From Oculina patagonica (taxonomy: Eukaryota), in the NCBI RefSeq assembly GCF_052425735.1, contig NC_135766.1, positions 6,262,001 to 6,326,000 on the forward strand: a DNA stretch of 64,000 nt, read 5' to 3'. The notes beneath the pieces were generated by a model, which was given only the letters and a program-made list of their open reading frames with translations, was not told the origin of the DNA and searched no databases. Positions 49,601 through 63,208 of this stretch are shown piece by piece (the stretch's first letter is position 1; every line of letters begins with the position of its first letter). The translations under genes were made by a program, and so were the position numbers.

Positions 49601-52600
49601 AAGTGCATCGAGTCAGACATCACCATCATCTGTTGAACCACATTGGCTTTTCTTGCTTGAAAGAAAAGTACATCCAGCAAGAGAAGTATATTTGGATCAA
49701 CAACATTCACCTTAATCTCGTACCTAGAACTTCTTAACCCTAGGGAGTACATCTGGGTACGAGATTACATTCACCCATGAAAAACGTGTCAAAGACACCT
49801 AAATTCTAAGCACACAACTGTAAATGGGCAATTAACTCTTCCTGTTGTGGAAATTCTGGCTAGATTTGCCAGTGTCTTGCAAGCGTTTTCCTTTCTTATC
49901 AATTATTTCTAACCAATTCTTTGTTGTTGTTTTTTCGCGTATAGGAGTGAGATGACCCAAGCATTCGTTGAGCTGGCTTGCAAGATGACTCGAGATATTC
50001 TACGACAGACGCTGGGAAACTATCATCTAGATTCAAAAGACGGCGCTGTTATTAACAAAGAGAGCAATGCAGGAACAAACGAAGGGAAGAAAAGTGATGG
50101 CCCGTCCAAAGAAAACGAAGAAGCAGATAGCAAAACGAGAGGAGTTGGCGTCAAGGAATTTTCTCTCTCAAAGAACAAGCCGGTGAATTTTGTGGATGTT
50201 CGAGTCCAGGCTCCTACTACTGGACTTGAAGACGGAGTGGAGTTTTCTGTGAAAAGCGTTCACGTGGATTCGTTCAACGATTGCCTTAAAATACTGGAGA
50301 ATTTAAACCTTGTGGATTGCTTCGATGAATCTGAGTAAGTCAAAAAGTTTTGTATTCATTTAGTTACTCAAATAGAGCGAAGCAACCGTTAAAACTCGAG
50401 TTAACGTATGTGGATGACTGTTCTGTTTGTTTCAGTTCCAGTGACTCGGATAGCGACGACGATGACGTGGACGAGAAGGAGGACGATGAGCCGGGGTCCA
50501 GCGGTATCACTGTAAGTATTAAAACAGTACATACTAGTCTTACAGGACAGCGGTCAAACGCAAAAATGTAACACCACTTTAGTTTCTTTATAAATTTATT
50601 ACTTCAGTTTTTGTTGAATTTTGTGAGAGTTTGTAAAGGATGGTTCTGAAATATACAACGGCAAAACTTAATGCGAGACAACAAACAACAACAACTTTAT
50701 TAACCCTTATACATAAAAAAGAAGAAATTTACACACAATAGAAATTAAAGCTAAAAGGGCGTACGCTTCCTGAAATAACTAAGGAGTTAACAAGTCTGCT
50801 TTATTGCAATCAATTTCTATCATATTTGCTCATACATAAGTATTCGGGGGAAAAACCCTCATGTCCTACTTTTATTTCAAGAAAAATAAGAAAATCAGTT
50901 CCCTGCCCGTACACTCAAGGTGGCCAAATTTTAAAGCCGAAATTCTCCTCGCGTTTGAAAACTAAAACGCACGGAGAAGTTTGGACAATTTGAACGACGG
51001 AAAAACTCTAATAGTCCCCGTTTGTTGAGCGCTGTAATGTCTTTACATTTGGTATGTTTTTGTCTTTTAAGGGCGAGAGAAAGAGAAAGAAAAAGAAGAA
51101 AAAGAAAGCTAAGCATTGGTGGGATACGTTATCGGTAAGAATATTTTCTAAACTAGTCGTTATCCGCAACAATAATGGCTTTTGGCGCAGGCAAACAAGC
51201 CACACTCCATTAGTCATTAAAGTTAGAGGACTTGGAATGTGTTCTGGGTCCGGAGCGCCACGTAGGCAAATTAAAATGGAAAGCATTTTTAAGCTCGGTT
51301 CAATGCAATCACAGGGCTATAAACAATGTTTTTCATTTCATGAAACTGGGCGCGCGCGCTCTTTGGTCTTTTAAATCTGACGTGCGATCGCGTACACATA
51401 TGGAAAACGGTTTCACACTGAAGAAGGGCTATGCCCGAAACGTTTGTGTTTGCAAACTACACAAAATGACACTTTGTACACCTTTTTTAGATTTTTTGTT
51501 TATAGTAAATAATTCCTGCGGCGGGAAAAAATCTTGTGCGCGCTTGTTTCTAGGGTAATGGTTTTGCGTCTATGACGTCACAAGTTGCCATGGTTTCGTA
51601 GTAACTTTGAGTTTTCTCTCAAACGGCTGTAAGCGAAGCAGTGTATTGTTGCGAAACAAATACTGTAAACGCTCAAAATGCTAAAGCATTGTTTGTGCAT
51701 CGCTGCGAGAAGTTTTGCTTCGTACAATACTGATTTGCTGCAGAAGAAAATGTTGCGGAGAACTATAGATATTTCGTGAAACTTGTGTCGCAGCTGGAAA
51801 AATCAGTTCAAAACAAACTACACAAAATTTACGGTTGCCTGGTTTAACATTATTTCATGTCAACATTCTTATTTCTAGTAATTTATTTTTTTGTTGTTTT
51901 ACTTTTTTAAAGAAACCGCCTGCAGCTTCCGAAACAAGTAACAGTACAACAACTGATGATGATGATGCTAACAGGGAGGTAAGTGCTGAAATATAAGGAA
52001 AGATAAAAAAGATGTGAGGAATATTACCTTTAATAGAAGAGAAATTTAACCCTCACACTTAAATCCTGGAGCAGTGTTAATAGGTTTTCAAACATCCCGG
52101 CCCTGATTTAGACCTGGTGTTACAAGAGTACAGTGTAGCTATCGGTTTAAACCCGGTTCAGACCACGTTATCTCGCCTAAATAATCGATCTTAACAGTTT
52201 GCGTAAAACAAATACACGTTTGAGGATCGTTACTGACTTAGGCTAATAAATCTAGAGATAAAATACTGTTGCTGTCGACTAAATAAATAGCAGTGCATCA
52301 AAAATAAAAGTGAATGTTCATAAATATTTTTTTCAAGGAAGAACGCTTTTACTTTTGTGTCTAACCTTTTCTTTATCACTCGTTGACAGAAAACTAAGGA
52401 ATGGCGTGGAAATATCCACAAAGTAATGTATTGTTCCTTACTGTAAAAACTTACTAATGTAACCTTTAAAGATTAACGTAGATTTAAAATATATAAAAAT
52501 GTTTTGAGAAATAAAATGTAGTGTGGGGGATTGGTGAGAGGCTTGCTCTCTCGTACCCAGCCTCCGGAGTTAAATGAGGTTAAAATTGAGATGAGTATGA

Positions 52601-55600
52601 ACTAGAAAATTTACTAATTTTGTTGCATGTAAAAGGTTGAAAAATTGACAGGAAAAAACTGTTAAAATTTTTTGAATATTGTATTCAGTCACCTATACTA
52701 TCTCCGCGCCATAGCTGAAACCTGAAATTGAGGCGCGCGGTGGCAGGTGCCCGTTGGAAATTGCGCTCTCCGCCGTTTTCTTTTCTTTAAAAGTTCATAA
52801 TAATTGGCGCATACTCAGATACGATCAGTAGCGGGGTTGCGTCCTTCTGCGCGCGCGCTGTGCTCTGCGCCTTTCCCTCCCTTGCGGGCGCCGCGCGAAA
52901 AATAAATTTGTTTTTTTCTTTTTCCCTGGTCTCTAGGGAGGTGTCATCGCGCATCTTTTGCGATTTCGCTTTTTTACGAGCCTGCGGTAATCTTTACCAA
53001 AACACAATATTCCCGCCAAACCACGTCAGGATTTTAAGATACTCAAGTAAAACTAAAGACGAATGTGCCTGTTTATCTTGTTGGTTTAAAGTAGATAAAA
53101 CTGTTAAAATTTAAATTCAATATTTCCAAGTTTGTTACACTTGCGTATCTCAAGTAAATCTTTCAACTCTTGATGCAGCCCGTTCTAAATAAAATGATCT
53201 TCTAAAAACAAATTTAAGGAGAGCGCGTCTGCTTAAAACCCCTAATTGTTATCAAAGTAAAGGGTGAAGGCAGAAGGGCAGGGTTTGAAAAAGTTTGCCC
53301 GACTTTTTTAAGCAAAACCGTGCGTGCACTAGTATAGTAATTTCTAACAAAACCAGACCATTATTTTAAAGTTTTCATTGATGTAAATTTGTATTTTAGC
53401 TTTTGACTTTCTGATGTAATGCTCCCACCGTAACAACAACGTCTTTGCAAAAGTAAAAAATCCAGACTTGTCTTGAAAGCGAGACCACGGTGTTTTTAAG
53501 TTTGTTAGCATTGTAATCCATTTCCATCCTCGCCATCGCTAGTCATCCTCACTTTCTATCTAAATGAGTTCCTTTCATTTGGGGAGTACCGTTCTAAAAA
53601 ATCAAGCCATTATTGTTGTTTTTCTTGCGCTCTGTTCAACAAAATTGCGGCATTGTTAGATTGTTATGTTCTACTTGTTTGCTGTTGCCAATCACGCTAA
53701 AAGATGATAACCTTGTTAAAAAGGTTTAAAAAAAAATCTTGCAGATTCCTTTTACGATTTCTTTCAATTAATCCACTGTGTGTTTTTGTAAACAGAAGAA
53801 GGTAAAATCAAACTTTGGCAAGTTTGTTAATCCATACAGCAATCGTTCAAATGGCGGCATCCCCATCTTCTCACAGGAGAGAATCCAAGAAAGAGCTAAA
53901 AAGGTAAAATAATTTATTCCCCTGATTGTTGAACTTAGAACTCGAAAAGATTGATAAACTGGTTCGCTTGACTGTTGAAAGTGATTGTACCTGCAAACTC
54001 TCTTATTGCTCCTGTTACGGTCTCCCACCAGTCAGAGTAAATTAAGTGTGTTATGCAACCAATCAGGGACAAAACCGAAATCACGTGCGCTGCTTTTACC
54101 CGCGCTTTCCACCGCTTGCGTGCTTGTGATTCAAGCCCTGATTGGTTAGTTGCACTGTTTGTGCTCAGATGTGAGTACTTTGGTTGTGGATTTACGACAG
54201 TCAGTAGAATACTGCTCTGTATGAATTGTTTTATTATGTCGGCTTCCGTTGATCGCGTGAAAAGTCCAGTCATTTTCTGTTGAATTACAGCTTTCAATAT
54301 ATTTTGTTGTTGTTGTATCACGGGGTTTGTAGATAGATTGAAATACCGTGAACAGTTGTATTCCTAATGCCCATGAAAACAGTGTAACACATTTTTCTTC
54401 CAAAATCAACAACAAAAAGAATAAACAAAAACATCAAACGACAAAGAATGGTATGTCCTAAAGTGAACATCTTATTGTTTTCTTTATAGAAAGAGGAACT
54501 GCAGCAGAATGGATCACAGGAAGCAGAGAGAAAAGATTTCCTCGTGAAGGTAAGAGTATGAAAAAATGCAAATAATCTCAATTACAGACGTCCACTCTGT
54601 GATCAAACATTGTGAAGAGGAAGATTTGGTTGTTCGTGAGCTGTGTTTGTTACGGATTATCGCGGTTTTCTGAGTTATTTCTTCTTTCTTAGAGAGATTC
54701 CTCGGTTTTCTTGCCACCGTAAAATTAAACCGGCAAAAACATCGTTCTTCTTGTTTTACAAAATTCGCTTTGTGTTGTTTTGAGCTCAGTTTTCAGGCGT
54801 TATAACTCCCTACCTCCTTGAATGTAAATAGTTTTCCATCCCCCAATCCTCCCCACCGTTTGATGGTCATATCCGTCATCTAACTGAATTAAAGCGGTGA
54901 CCGAAAGCTGTAAAGAGGATTTACCTTTACTTTTTTCTCCGTCCCAGTCCCATAAGTAGTTTTTCCCCTTACCTCAATAATAAAGACATTCTAGCTCTTA
55001 CCCTTCCTGAAAATTTAAACTTACGTAGTACATGGAGTGAGCGCCTCCGACAATCTAACCCGTAGTTCTTGTTTTGCAGTATGCGGCAGATGAGCCCCAA
55101 CATTCCGCACCAGTTCTTGCTGTGACAGACGATACAGAACTCAACTTTATCACCGCCCAAAGACGCGTGGCATATTACATGTTTGCCGCGAATAAGAACC
55201 ATCCCAGCTGGGGGACACCAAACATTCAGACGCGCAGTAAACCCCCGAGCAGTCCCCCCAAACAAGTTGTAGAGTTGGACTCATTCAAGTTCGATTACCT
55301 GACGGGGGATGGGTACGGCTTTACTATCCGTATCCCTGGGAGAAAACCGCAAAGATCTCGGACTCAAGACGTTCTCGAACGCGCGAGACAACAGCAGCCT
55401 CTTCAAACATTTGAAGAGGCGAGGAGCAAACCAAGGAAAAAACAGGTTACTCCTGCTTATGCTATCGACTTAAGCAACGAACACGTCGCATTCCCAGATG
55501 TGACCCCCAGTCTTTACACCACACATCACGGGCGTTACTATAGTAACGATTTAGAGGAAGATTCTGGCAAAAACATTCAGTTCAGAAGAGGAATGACTGG

Positions 55601-55814
55601 TTCATTCGACAGTGATGCTGTTGATCGTAAGAGAAGGAATTTTGCGAGATCACGCAGCGAGCATGGCATGTTAGTTAAGAGTGAAGACAATGAAGAAGTG
55701 AAATCACAAAGCGCTGGGCACAGACCGAGAAACGAGCGTCCGATGTTTGAACCATCGGCGCCAATTCCTTCCTACTCACACGTTTCCACACCGCTTGCCA
55801 ACCGCAAAAGATGA
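37686..55814 (+). CDS. AGBL2: Cytosolic carboxypeptidase 2/3-like (M14D tubulin deglutamylase, AGBL2/AGBL3 family), 21 coding exons, ~1235 aa
   Basis: Phase-consistent GT-AG exons: 37686-38502, 39739-39842, 41966-42060, 43199-43261, 43654-43745, 45293-45447, 46035-46160, 46529-46589, 46891-47012, 47670-47795, 47906-47968, 48349-48486, 48712-48860, 49087-49185, 49945-50334, 50436-50511, 51072-51134, 51913-51978, 53796-53903, 54490-54549, 55080-55814. Motifs: [62 protein letters not shown]. Paralog assignment is tentative. Confidence 0.93.
41261..41807. mobile_element. MITE with ~40-bp perfect TIR
   Basis: TACCTTATTACATGAAATTTTCGCGACACGTTAATTTCGCG / CGCGAAATTAACGTGTCGCGAAAATTTCATGTAATAAGGTA. 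Confidence 0.92.
42088..42605. mobile_element. CAGGG-ended MITE with 6-bp TSD
   Basis: tgaaaa|CAGGGTTGG...CCAACCCTG|tgaaaa; CTCGCC/GGCGAG subterminal motifs. Confidence 0.85.
43830..44873. mobile_element. Non-autonomous hAT-type element with 8-bp TSD
   Basis: tttctcgg|CATAGGCGTACGGGC...GCCCGTACGCCTATG|tttctcgg. Confidence 0.92.
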
Positions 55815-57613
55815 CAAACAACCTGGACACGTCCTCAACAACCAAGAGCCTGCATTGCCTTTGGTACATGTACATGACGTCATACCTGTTACTTGGCAAC
55901 CGAGTGAGTGGAGTGGCAACTCCCCTGTGGGGGTGTGGGTCAACTGCACTAGTCTTTGCACTTGTCTTTACACAGCGAATAAATTCACGTTATCCCCGTG
56001 TGTCACGGTGTTTATCGAAGTAAAAGTTCAACAAACAAGACTTACAGAAAGGAACAATTTTTCAAATAGAAACATCAAATCACTATAAAATATCGTTTTT
56101 AAAGAGTATATATATATTTTAATAAGGATAATTTGTTTTTAAAAAGAATATTGTACAGAGAGTTTGCTAGAGTTAAATCGTTCTTTGTTAAAACCCATAT
56201 TATATATTTATTCACTGCGTTCATGAACGTTGTTATGAGTTATGTAAAGCAGAACAATATTTACACGATATGAACAGGACCTGAGATAAGGAATGAATCT
56301 CAGTCAAGTGTTCGCCTTGAAGATGGAGTGTTGAATGTCTTCGATGTGCAAAACATTTGAGAGACATAAGGATGTGTTTGAGAGAGGACAAAATAAAGTA
56401 CTACAGCAATTAATTTATCGCTTCATGTTTTAGTGAAATAAGTTTCTTGTGTTGCTCGGAAGAGTCTCTGCATCTCATTTTGAGGTCTGCGCACGAGCAT
56501 TTGGAGCACACGTGATCAAGTTTTAATCTCCACCAATCAGAATAAGACATAGCCTTGGGTCACGTGAGTAATCGTGCGGTTTCTAATCCTGTTTCGTCCT
56601 CCAGCAAGCTGTTTACTCGATACCGCTGAAAATGAAAAAAAAAATAAAAAAAATAAAACCGGACATGTTAAGGTAAATGTTCAAGTCTTCTTCATTCCAC
56701 TCAAAAAACTTTACGATAACATCTTTACTCTAAAAGCCCCTTCTGTAAATTTACTGTAAACCATTTTATAGGTTCGAACCATTTGAGTAGTGTTCGTTCT
56801 TTCTACAACCGAGTAGAACTTCACCGGGCATATGTTAGACTGTCCACAATCGATCGTCGAAAGCGCGTAAAAAAATCGCGAGAGAACTGGACGCAAGGGG
56901 CGCCGCTTTCACGTGCTTCATGCTCGCGCTTGCTTCCCTCGCTTTTTCTTTTGCGCTCTTATGTGTTGGAAAATAGAGAGGCTGAAAACAGTCTAGGCAT
57001 GAGTACAAGCACAAGCGCTCAAAAAGAACGAACACGCTCATTCTTTGTTTTTTAAACCACCGTTGTTGTGGTTATGATTATTCCTAGTGAGGGCAGCATG
57101 AGAAGAATATAAAGTGTGCTCGTTTTTCTTATATGCTCAATGCCTGACCCAAAGAATGGCAGAACGATAGAACACACTACTATACAACGAAACGACCGAC
57201 GGGGTAAGAGGAGTACCGCCGGAAAAAATCCCAGAAAACCCAGAGTCTTTTAAGGCTTCCTTACAATTACTTGCATCGCAAACACAAATGTGAGGATTAT
57301 TTCTCCATTCCACAGAATGCATATCCGCAGTTCATGTACATGGGCACCAAAGATGCCGTAGTTTTCTACTTACAGTGCAGTTTGCAGAAGCTCTCGACTA
57401 TGTGAACTTTTGCTCGATGAAGCGAATACCTAAAGGCTTGTTACAGTTTGCGATAGGTACTATGCTGCTCACTTTTCAAAAGCAGCAAACTATTGATTGT
57501 TATAAACAAACTTATTATAGCTTTATGCTACCTCTCAGTCTTTCTACAAGACGGACAGTTGAAACCGGTCCCAACGGTGTCCATCTTAGAGAGAGTTGAC
57601 CGTATAAGCTTAC

Positions 57614-60600
57614 CTCGTTTTTCACCAATAAATCCCTGATGTAAATCTTGTCCGGACTGGGAGGAACTAAGCTTTGTAAACGAACTGCTTTTAATGCTGT
57701 TGGCTGACAGGAAATCAAATGTGTAACCTCTGAGCTCTGAAACAGAGAAAACAGATTCCAGATACATGGTTACCACTCCCAAGTACTATATATACAAATT
57801 ACTTACTTTTCCCTCCTGTTTTTCTTTTACACTTTACTTTTGAACCTAGATTGACGTTTCAGTAAAATTTGCTACTAAATTTGAAAAAGAAAGAAAAAAT
57901 CGGACAAAAACAAGAACATTCAATTTTCAAAACTGGCTAAAATCAAGGCATTTTCATCAGAATCTGTCCATTGATTAAATCATTATGAAATATGGGCCTA
58001 TTTTCAGTCACTCTTGTACGTGTTTTCAGAGTAGCTTACCCTGTTGTTTTGATATCTGAGTCTCATGAGTCTTATTCTGTTTCTTGCTTCAGCAGCTCTG
58101 TTTATTTAACAAGAAAGGAAAATAATTATCAACAGAATTATCTATACATTATTGGGGTTGGTTCATTAAAATTACAGTACAAGGAAACATATGCTTTTCC
58201 ATACTTTCCCTACTATTTGAAAGAAGTTTTGCCCTTTTTCCTAGCAATTATTTTTCTCTTGTTGTGGCACAAATGTACTGGACAAACGTTTGGGTGAGAT
58301 CAGCTTAATAATTATAATTATGCACTTGGCTTGAGGAAACAGGACAGAAATATTGTTTGTGGGTGCCCCTGATACCTAAAATAAGAGATATTTGAGATAC
58401 ATATTTATTATCTTGACATGTTGTTAAGACCAATGTTCTACAAATCCTTCAATGATGATAAATCATTCCAGTATTTCCACTGACAAAACATTGCACTTAT
58501 CTAAGTGTTATTTTGAAAATTTAAAGTAAACTACCCTTGGAATTAAAACATTATTATTTTAAACCATAATAATTGAAAATAATATTGTGTTGTCAGTTCA
58601 AGAAAAAATCCATCCCCTCACACATAATTGTTTTTGGTATGCATCCCACCCCCTAGAAATTCATGTTAAGCTTAATATATTTTTAAAAGCTTTGCCTTTG
58701 CTTAACAACCCCCCCCCCCCATCCCCCACCTCCTTGAAATTTTTTAATGCCCTTTTATGGGGTGGGTTTGGATATTCCCTGGAGCCACACAGTGAGCATC
58801 TCTGACTGTACTCTGACCAAAACAATGCTGGGTAGTACTTACTTTAGTTGTCCTATTATCTTGGTATGCTTTTCATTCTCGACAACTTCTTCTATGGGTG
58901 CAGGTTTCTGTTGCCTTTAAATATCAGGAAACAAATACATAAAAATATAAGTTGAAAGCACCATTCTAGGTACATACATTGTATGCATGTCCTGGTGAAA
59001 ACCTTAAATGTAAGGAACTTATGAAGATCACAATGAAGGTTATTGAGGAGTTAAATAAAGATAAAGGATCTTCAAGGGTGCTAGGCTGACTATGCAACAG
59101 AAGTTGTACAAATACAGTGAAAATTAAAACAGGGCCCTCGATTTAATGCATCTTTTACTAATACACAAACTCTGCTCAATCAGCCATAATTTGTGATTTT
59201 TGCTGCTGTATTTTATCAGACCTCAGAATTCACTTCAACAAGTTTAAAAGGTCGTGTCTCCAGGTTGAATAATTCATGATTTCTATCTTGATTGTTGTTA
59301 TTATGATTGAGGGCAGCAAAAAACATCATAGTTATGTTTTGAACTTCAGAGTTCGCAAGTTATTAGAAGGCCCTGAGTAAAGACAAATAAAAGACAATTC
59401 TACACAATTATAATTTAAAAAAAATGTACTCCAACTTGCATCAAGCTGTAAATTAATGTGAAAGAATAACATTTCAATTGTTTGTGTCAGACTGCTTTGT
59501 TTTGCTTTGGTTTGTACTGTCATTGTCATGTTTTGATTGTCATAACTGCTCCAGGTGTAGTTAGAAACATGTAAATTACTTTCGTCTTGACTTGTCCAAG
59601 TCTTTTAATCTTTTCCTTGCTGCTGACATAGCTTCACTGCACTCCTTAGGGGCAGGCTCATACTGTAGGTAAAATGCACAAAAACATTGTCAGAGCTATG
59701 AATACTATAACGAAGCTGCACTGGCATTTATTGAGTGCAGTGTTGACTACGATATACTTCACCTTGTGAAACACAAATGTCCCTGACCAGGGCTTGAACC
59801 CAGGGCACTGGGGGAGGTGGCCTGATAGCCAGTATAATTTTTATGAAAAACATACAGTTTACTGGTACCTATGATTACAGAAATTTATCTATCTGTTATG
59901 AAGTGAAATGCAGATCATGTGGTCCACACAGTGTACAAGCAGAAACTTCCAGCCAAGGCTCAAGCCCAGAGCACTTGATTCAGAGTCTAGTACACTAACT
60001 ATTACCAGTTTTAGGCCACCATACAGTGTACCCGGGGGGGGGGGGGGGGGTACTCCCATAAATTTCGGATAGGGGTGTGCCGCCAAGGTTCTTAAACCCT
60101 GACCCTATTTAAGGATAAAGAAAGCAAAAATTGATACCCTTTTAAAGGCCCAAAACCGAAAAATGACACCCTATTCAAGGGGAGGAGAAGCGTTCCATGA
60201 CGACCCAAATAATGGCTAACCGCGCACGGCAACACACAAATCTCTATAAAATCGCTTTACTAATAACTGAACAGTAAATTCAGTTTTAAAATACTTTTTT
60301 TGGTTTAGCTGGGCGTTTATTTTAGCTTATAGAATTTAGGTACCCTATCTAAGGATCACACCGGGAACTCATTGCCAAAAGGAGCAAAAATGATACCCTA
60401 TTTAAGGACCGAGAACCTCAAAAACCATACCCTATCGGGCGGCACATACCTATATAGGCCACATATGGGAGTACACCCCCCCCCCCCGGGACAGTGTACC
60501 TCCCAAGTGAGATATTTACATGTAGGAATAAGTTCACTTAATGACGTGTTGCCTGTTGCAAAACATATGAAATGCACTGTGCCTATTGTGTGTGCTAGAA

Positions 60601-62677
60601 AACTAATTTAGCAACAGAGAACTTATGCACAGTGATGGCAACCAGAAGTCAATTTATTTCTGATCCATGTGTGTTGTTGAAATATTAAGCTGTTGGAACT
60701 TGTTGCTAATGTAACATAATAGCTTTGCCTTTTTATGACACCTGTTAAACATAAGATTTGCCATATAAAGCAGAGTATTCTCCCGGGGGGGGGGGAGGGG
60801 GGTTCGCATATGGAAGTGACGGGGATGCTCGTCGTCTCGCTTAGGGGTGTAAATTTCGGACGTTTGGTCTCGCTTAGGGTGTTCCGGGAAAAAACGCCCA
60901 AAACGCCAATATTTTTTGCCATAATGGTCTCGTTTAGGGTTACACACGAAGAAATATACAAATATAAACTCCATTTTTAGTTTTTGGTATCTTTTAGGGG
61001 TCAAGAAAGGCTTGAGCCACACCCAGATTGGTCTCTTTTAGGGGTTCTTTTCAAAATTTCCGACGAGCATCCCCGTCCGTTTCATATGGGAGTCCCCCCC
61101 CAGGGAGTATTCTCTTGTTTTAAAAAAGACATTTCTCATGGAGATTTTTCTTGGTTTCAATACAAGATTCAGGAAACTGGTGCCATGAAAACTTCTTTTG
61201 CTTACTCCTTTTTAATTTGGTGGCAACAATAGCATCCTCTCTCCCCAGATTGACTTGGATACTGAGGTCACATTCACTTTAAAAATGCAGATGCTTAAGG
61301 CCCAGTTCAAACGTCGAACTTTTCATGACCCAAACTTAATACTATTTGGGTCGACCCAAATAAATAAATTTGGCTGGTTGATTCAAACATCAACTGTTCA
61401 TGTGCCGAACTCAATCTGCAACCAGAGGAACACACTTAATGCAACGAATAAGGACACTGTTTAATGGAAGAGCATATCTCCTTGTTGTTTAAAAATTATA
61501 CAAACAGCAGTTTTTTGAAGTACAGACGCCAGGCTTTGGTTAAATGTCTTCAGTACTTAATGGCGGCTATATGGTTTGATAATGACATGAAAAGTTCGAC
61601 GTTTGAACCGGGCCTAAGTTTCCTATTATTAGTTCACTCTATAAATTACAATAAGAATTAAATTATATATTTTTCTTTGGTAGAAAGATTGCCTATATTA
61701 ATACCAGGGAGATAATAAGTCAGGTTTTCAAAAAGCATTTTATGGCATACATAATTATTAATATATTATAAGCAAAATTATATGATACAGATATGATACA
61801 GTTGTGTGCACCACGTGATCGACATCTATCTGTTATTAGTCAAATGTGGATCATGTGATGCACATAATGTACAAGCAGCAACCCATTATTATAGTTTGTG
61901 GCACTATGTTACGATGTGCAAGGCACCATTTTGCTGTTGAAATAACTATAGACTCGTATGCATACATGTAGTCTCATAAGTAGCAAAAAGAACTAGCAAA
62001 AGAAAACACGCAATTTTCTTTGTGTGCTCAATAACTTTTCCCCTGCTCTATGCTGGGATGTTGTATCCTTATCAGGACCATCGCAACACAAAAACTAAAT
62101 AACGCAACCAAATCCTTGACCCAGGGCTTCTACCTGAGTTATGAGGCTATATAAATAGCCCTGGGGCGGGGAAGGGGTAATACTTTGGGTCAGTTTTTGC
62201 TGGGTTATTTGTGCTGTAGGCATGCATCTTTTAGTACAGTATTGGTAAACATGTCCTGCAATATCGCCCCCAAACCAGTGATGTATAATGGTAATGTCAT
62301 TTGCTTCTTACACATTATTAAAACAAGATATTTTTCTTTTAGTATTTATAGGCTTAAGCTAACAAAACGGATCTGTTTCTTACTGCAAGATATTTGCTCT
62401 TTTGTTGTGGAGGTAATTTCTGGATCTCCTTTTTGCTCAGAGCTTTCCAGTTTTTTGCGTGAAATCTCTCTCTGCCATCATTTCCTCCAGCGGAACTTTT
62501 CTTCTCTATGTTCGGCAGCTTAACACTTGATGACGATTTGTCCTGTGCGGTCCATTGAAAAAGTATAGAAGAAAGAGGTCAATTTATAAACACCGATTTT
62601 TTACCATCAGTTTTAACGAAACATTCTACACTTTTTTGATAAATAAACTAGAAAAAGGATCAATTTGAACCTACCAT
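57614..62677 (-). CDS. LKAAEAR1: LKAAEAR motif-containing protein 1 (terminal exon not located)
   Basis: Exons 62675-62677 (ATG), 62384-62542, 59580-59662, 58843-58914, 58040-58097, 57614-57736 splice in phase to ...QQKSKYLAYEP...KIIGQLKAAEARNRIRLMRLRYQNNRSSEVTHLISCQPTALKAVRLQSLVPP... Confidence 0.9.
60031..60490. mobile_element. Second copy of the 14954-15409 MITE
   Basis: acagtgta|CCCGGGG...CCCGGG|acagtgta; collinear and highly similar to 14954-15409. Confidence 0.92.
60782..61105. mobile_element. Related CCCGGGG-ended MITE with 8-bp TSD
   Basis: agtattct|CCCGGGG...ACGGGGATGCTCGTCG ... CGACGAGCATCCCCGT...CCCAGGG|agtattct. Confidence 0.88.
61299..61614. mobile_element. PIF/Harbinger-like MITE
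   Basis: taa|GGCCCAGTTCAAACGTCGAACTTTT...AAAAGTTCGACGTTTGAACCGGGCC|taa. Confidence 0.8.
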
Positions 62678-62938
62678 CGTTTATAGCATAATAACAGTAA
62701 ATGGAATGGAATCCAAAAGATTAAAGTTCCATCAAAACTTCTTTACAAACAAAACAACGCGTTCCGCCATCTTTTCCATTTTTTGCGCGAGAAGTTGTCA
62801 TGGAAACTAAAAGATTACAGCGATCATCAAGACGAGGCTGTTTACCGCTGGTCAACACGTGAGCGTGCGATACAGAAAGAAACATGGCGGCTTTCTAGAT
62901 GTGGTGGAAGTCTTTTGAAGACTTTTACAGCCTTAAAA
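62678..62938. promoter_or_regulatory. Bidirectional promoter LKAAEAR1/DCAF13
   Basis: The two ATGs are ~260 bp apart and divergent; X-box GTTGTCATGGAAAC at 62794-62807; YY1-like CCGCCATCTT (~62764) and AACATGGCG (~62881). Confidence 0.7.
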
Positions 62939-63208
62939 ATGAAGGTTAAGGTGCTATCCAGGAACCCAGCTGATTACATAAGAGAAAGCAAGTCAGATAT
63001 TCACAAGATTCATCGCAATTTTGATCCATCGTTGCATCCTTTTGAAGCACCGCGGGAGTACACGAGGGCGCTGAACGCGGTCAAGCTCGAACGTGTGTTC
63101 GCTAAACCATTTGTTAGTTCGTTGGACGGGCACACGGATGGCGTGAATTGTATTGCTAGACACCCTAGGAGTTTATCTGTGTTATTATCTGGGTCTTGTG
63201 ATGGAGAG
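62939..63208 (+). CDS. DCAF13: DDB1- and CUL4-associated factor 13 (SOF1/WDSOF1), coding exon 1
   Basis: MKVKVLSRNPADYIRESKSDIHKIHRNFDPSLHPFEAPREYTRALNAVKLERVFAKPF...GSCDGE|gtgggt. Confidence 0.97.

Noticed and set aside
62783-62938. N-terminal extension of DCAF13 in the ORF track
   Set aside because: Non-ATG start; the conserved protein begins MKVKVLSR at 62939.
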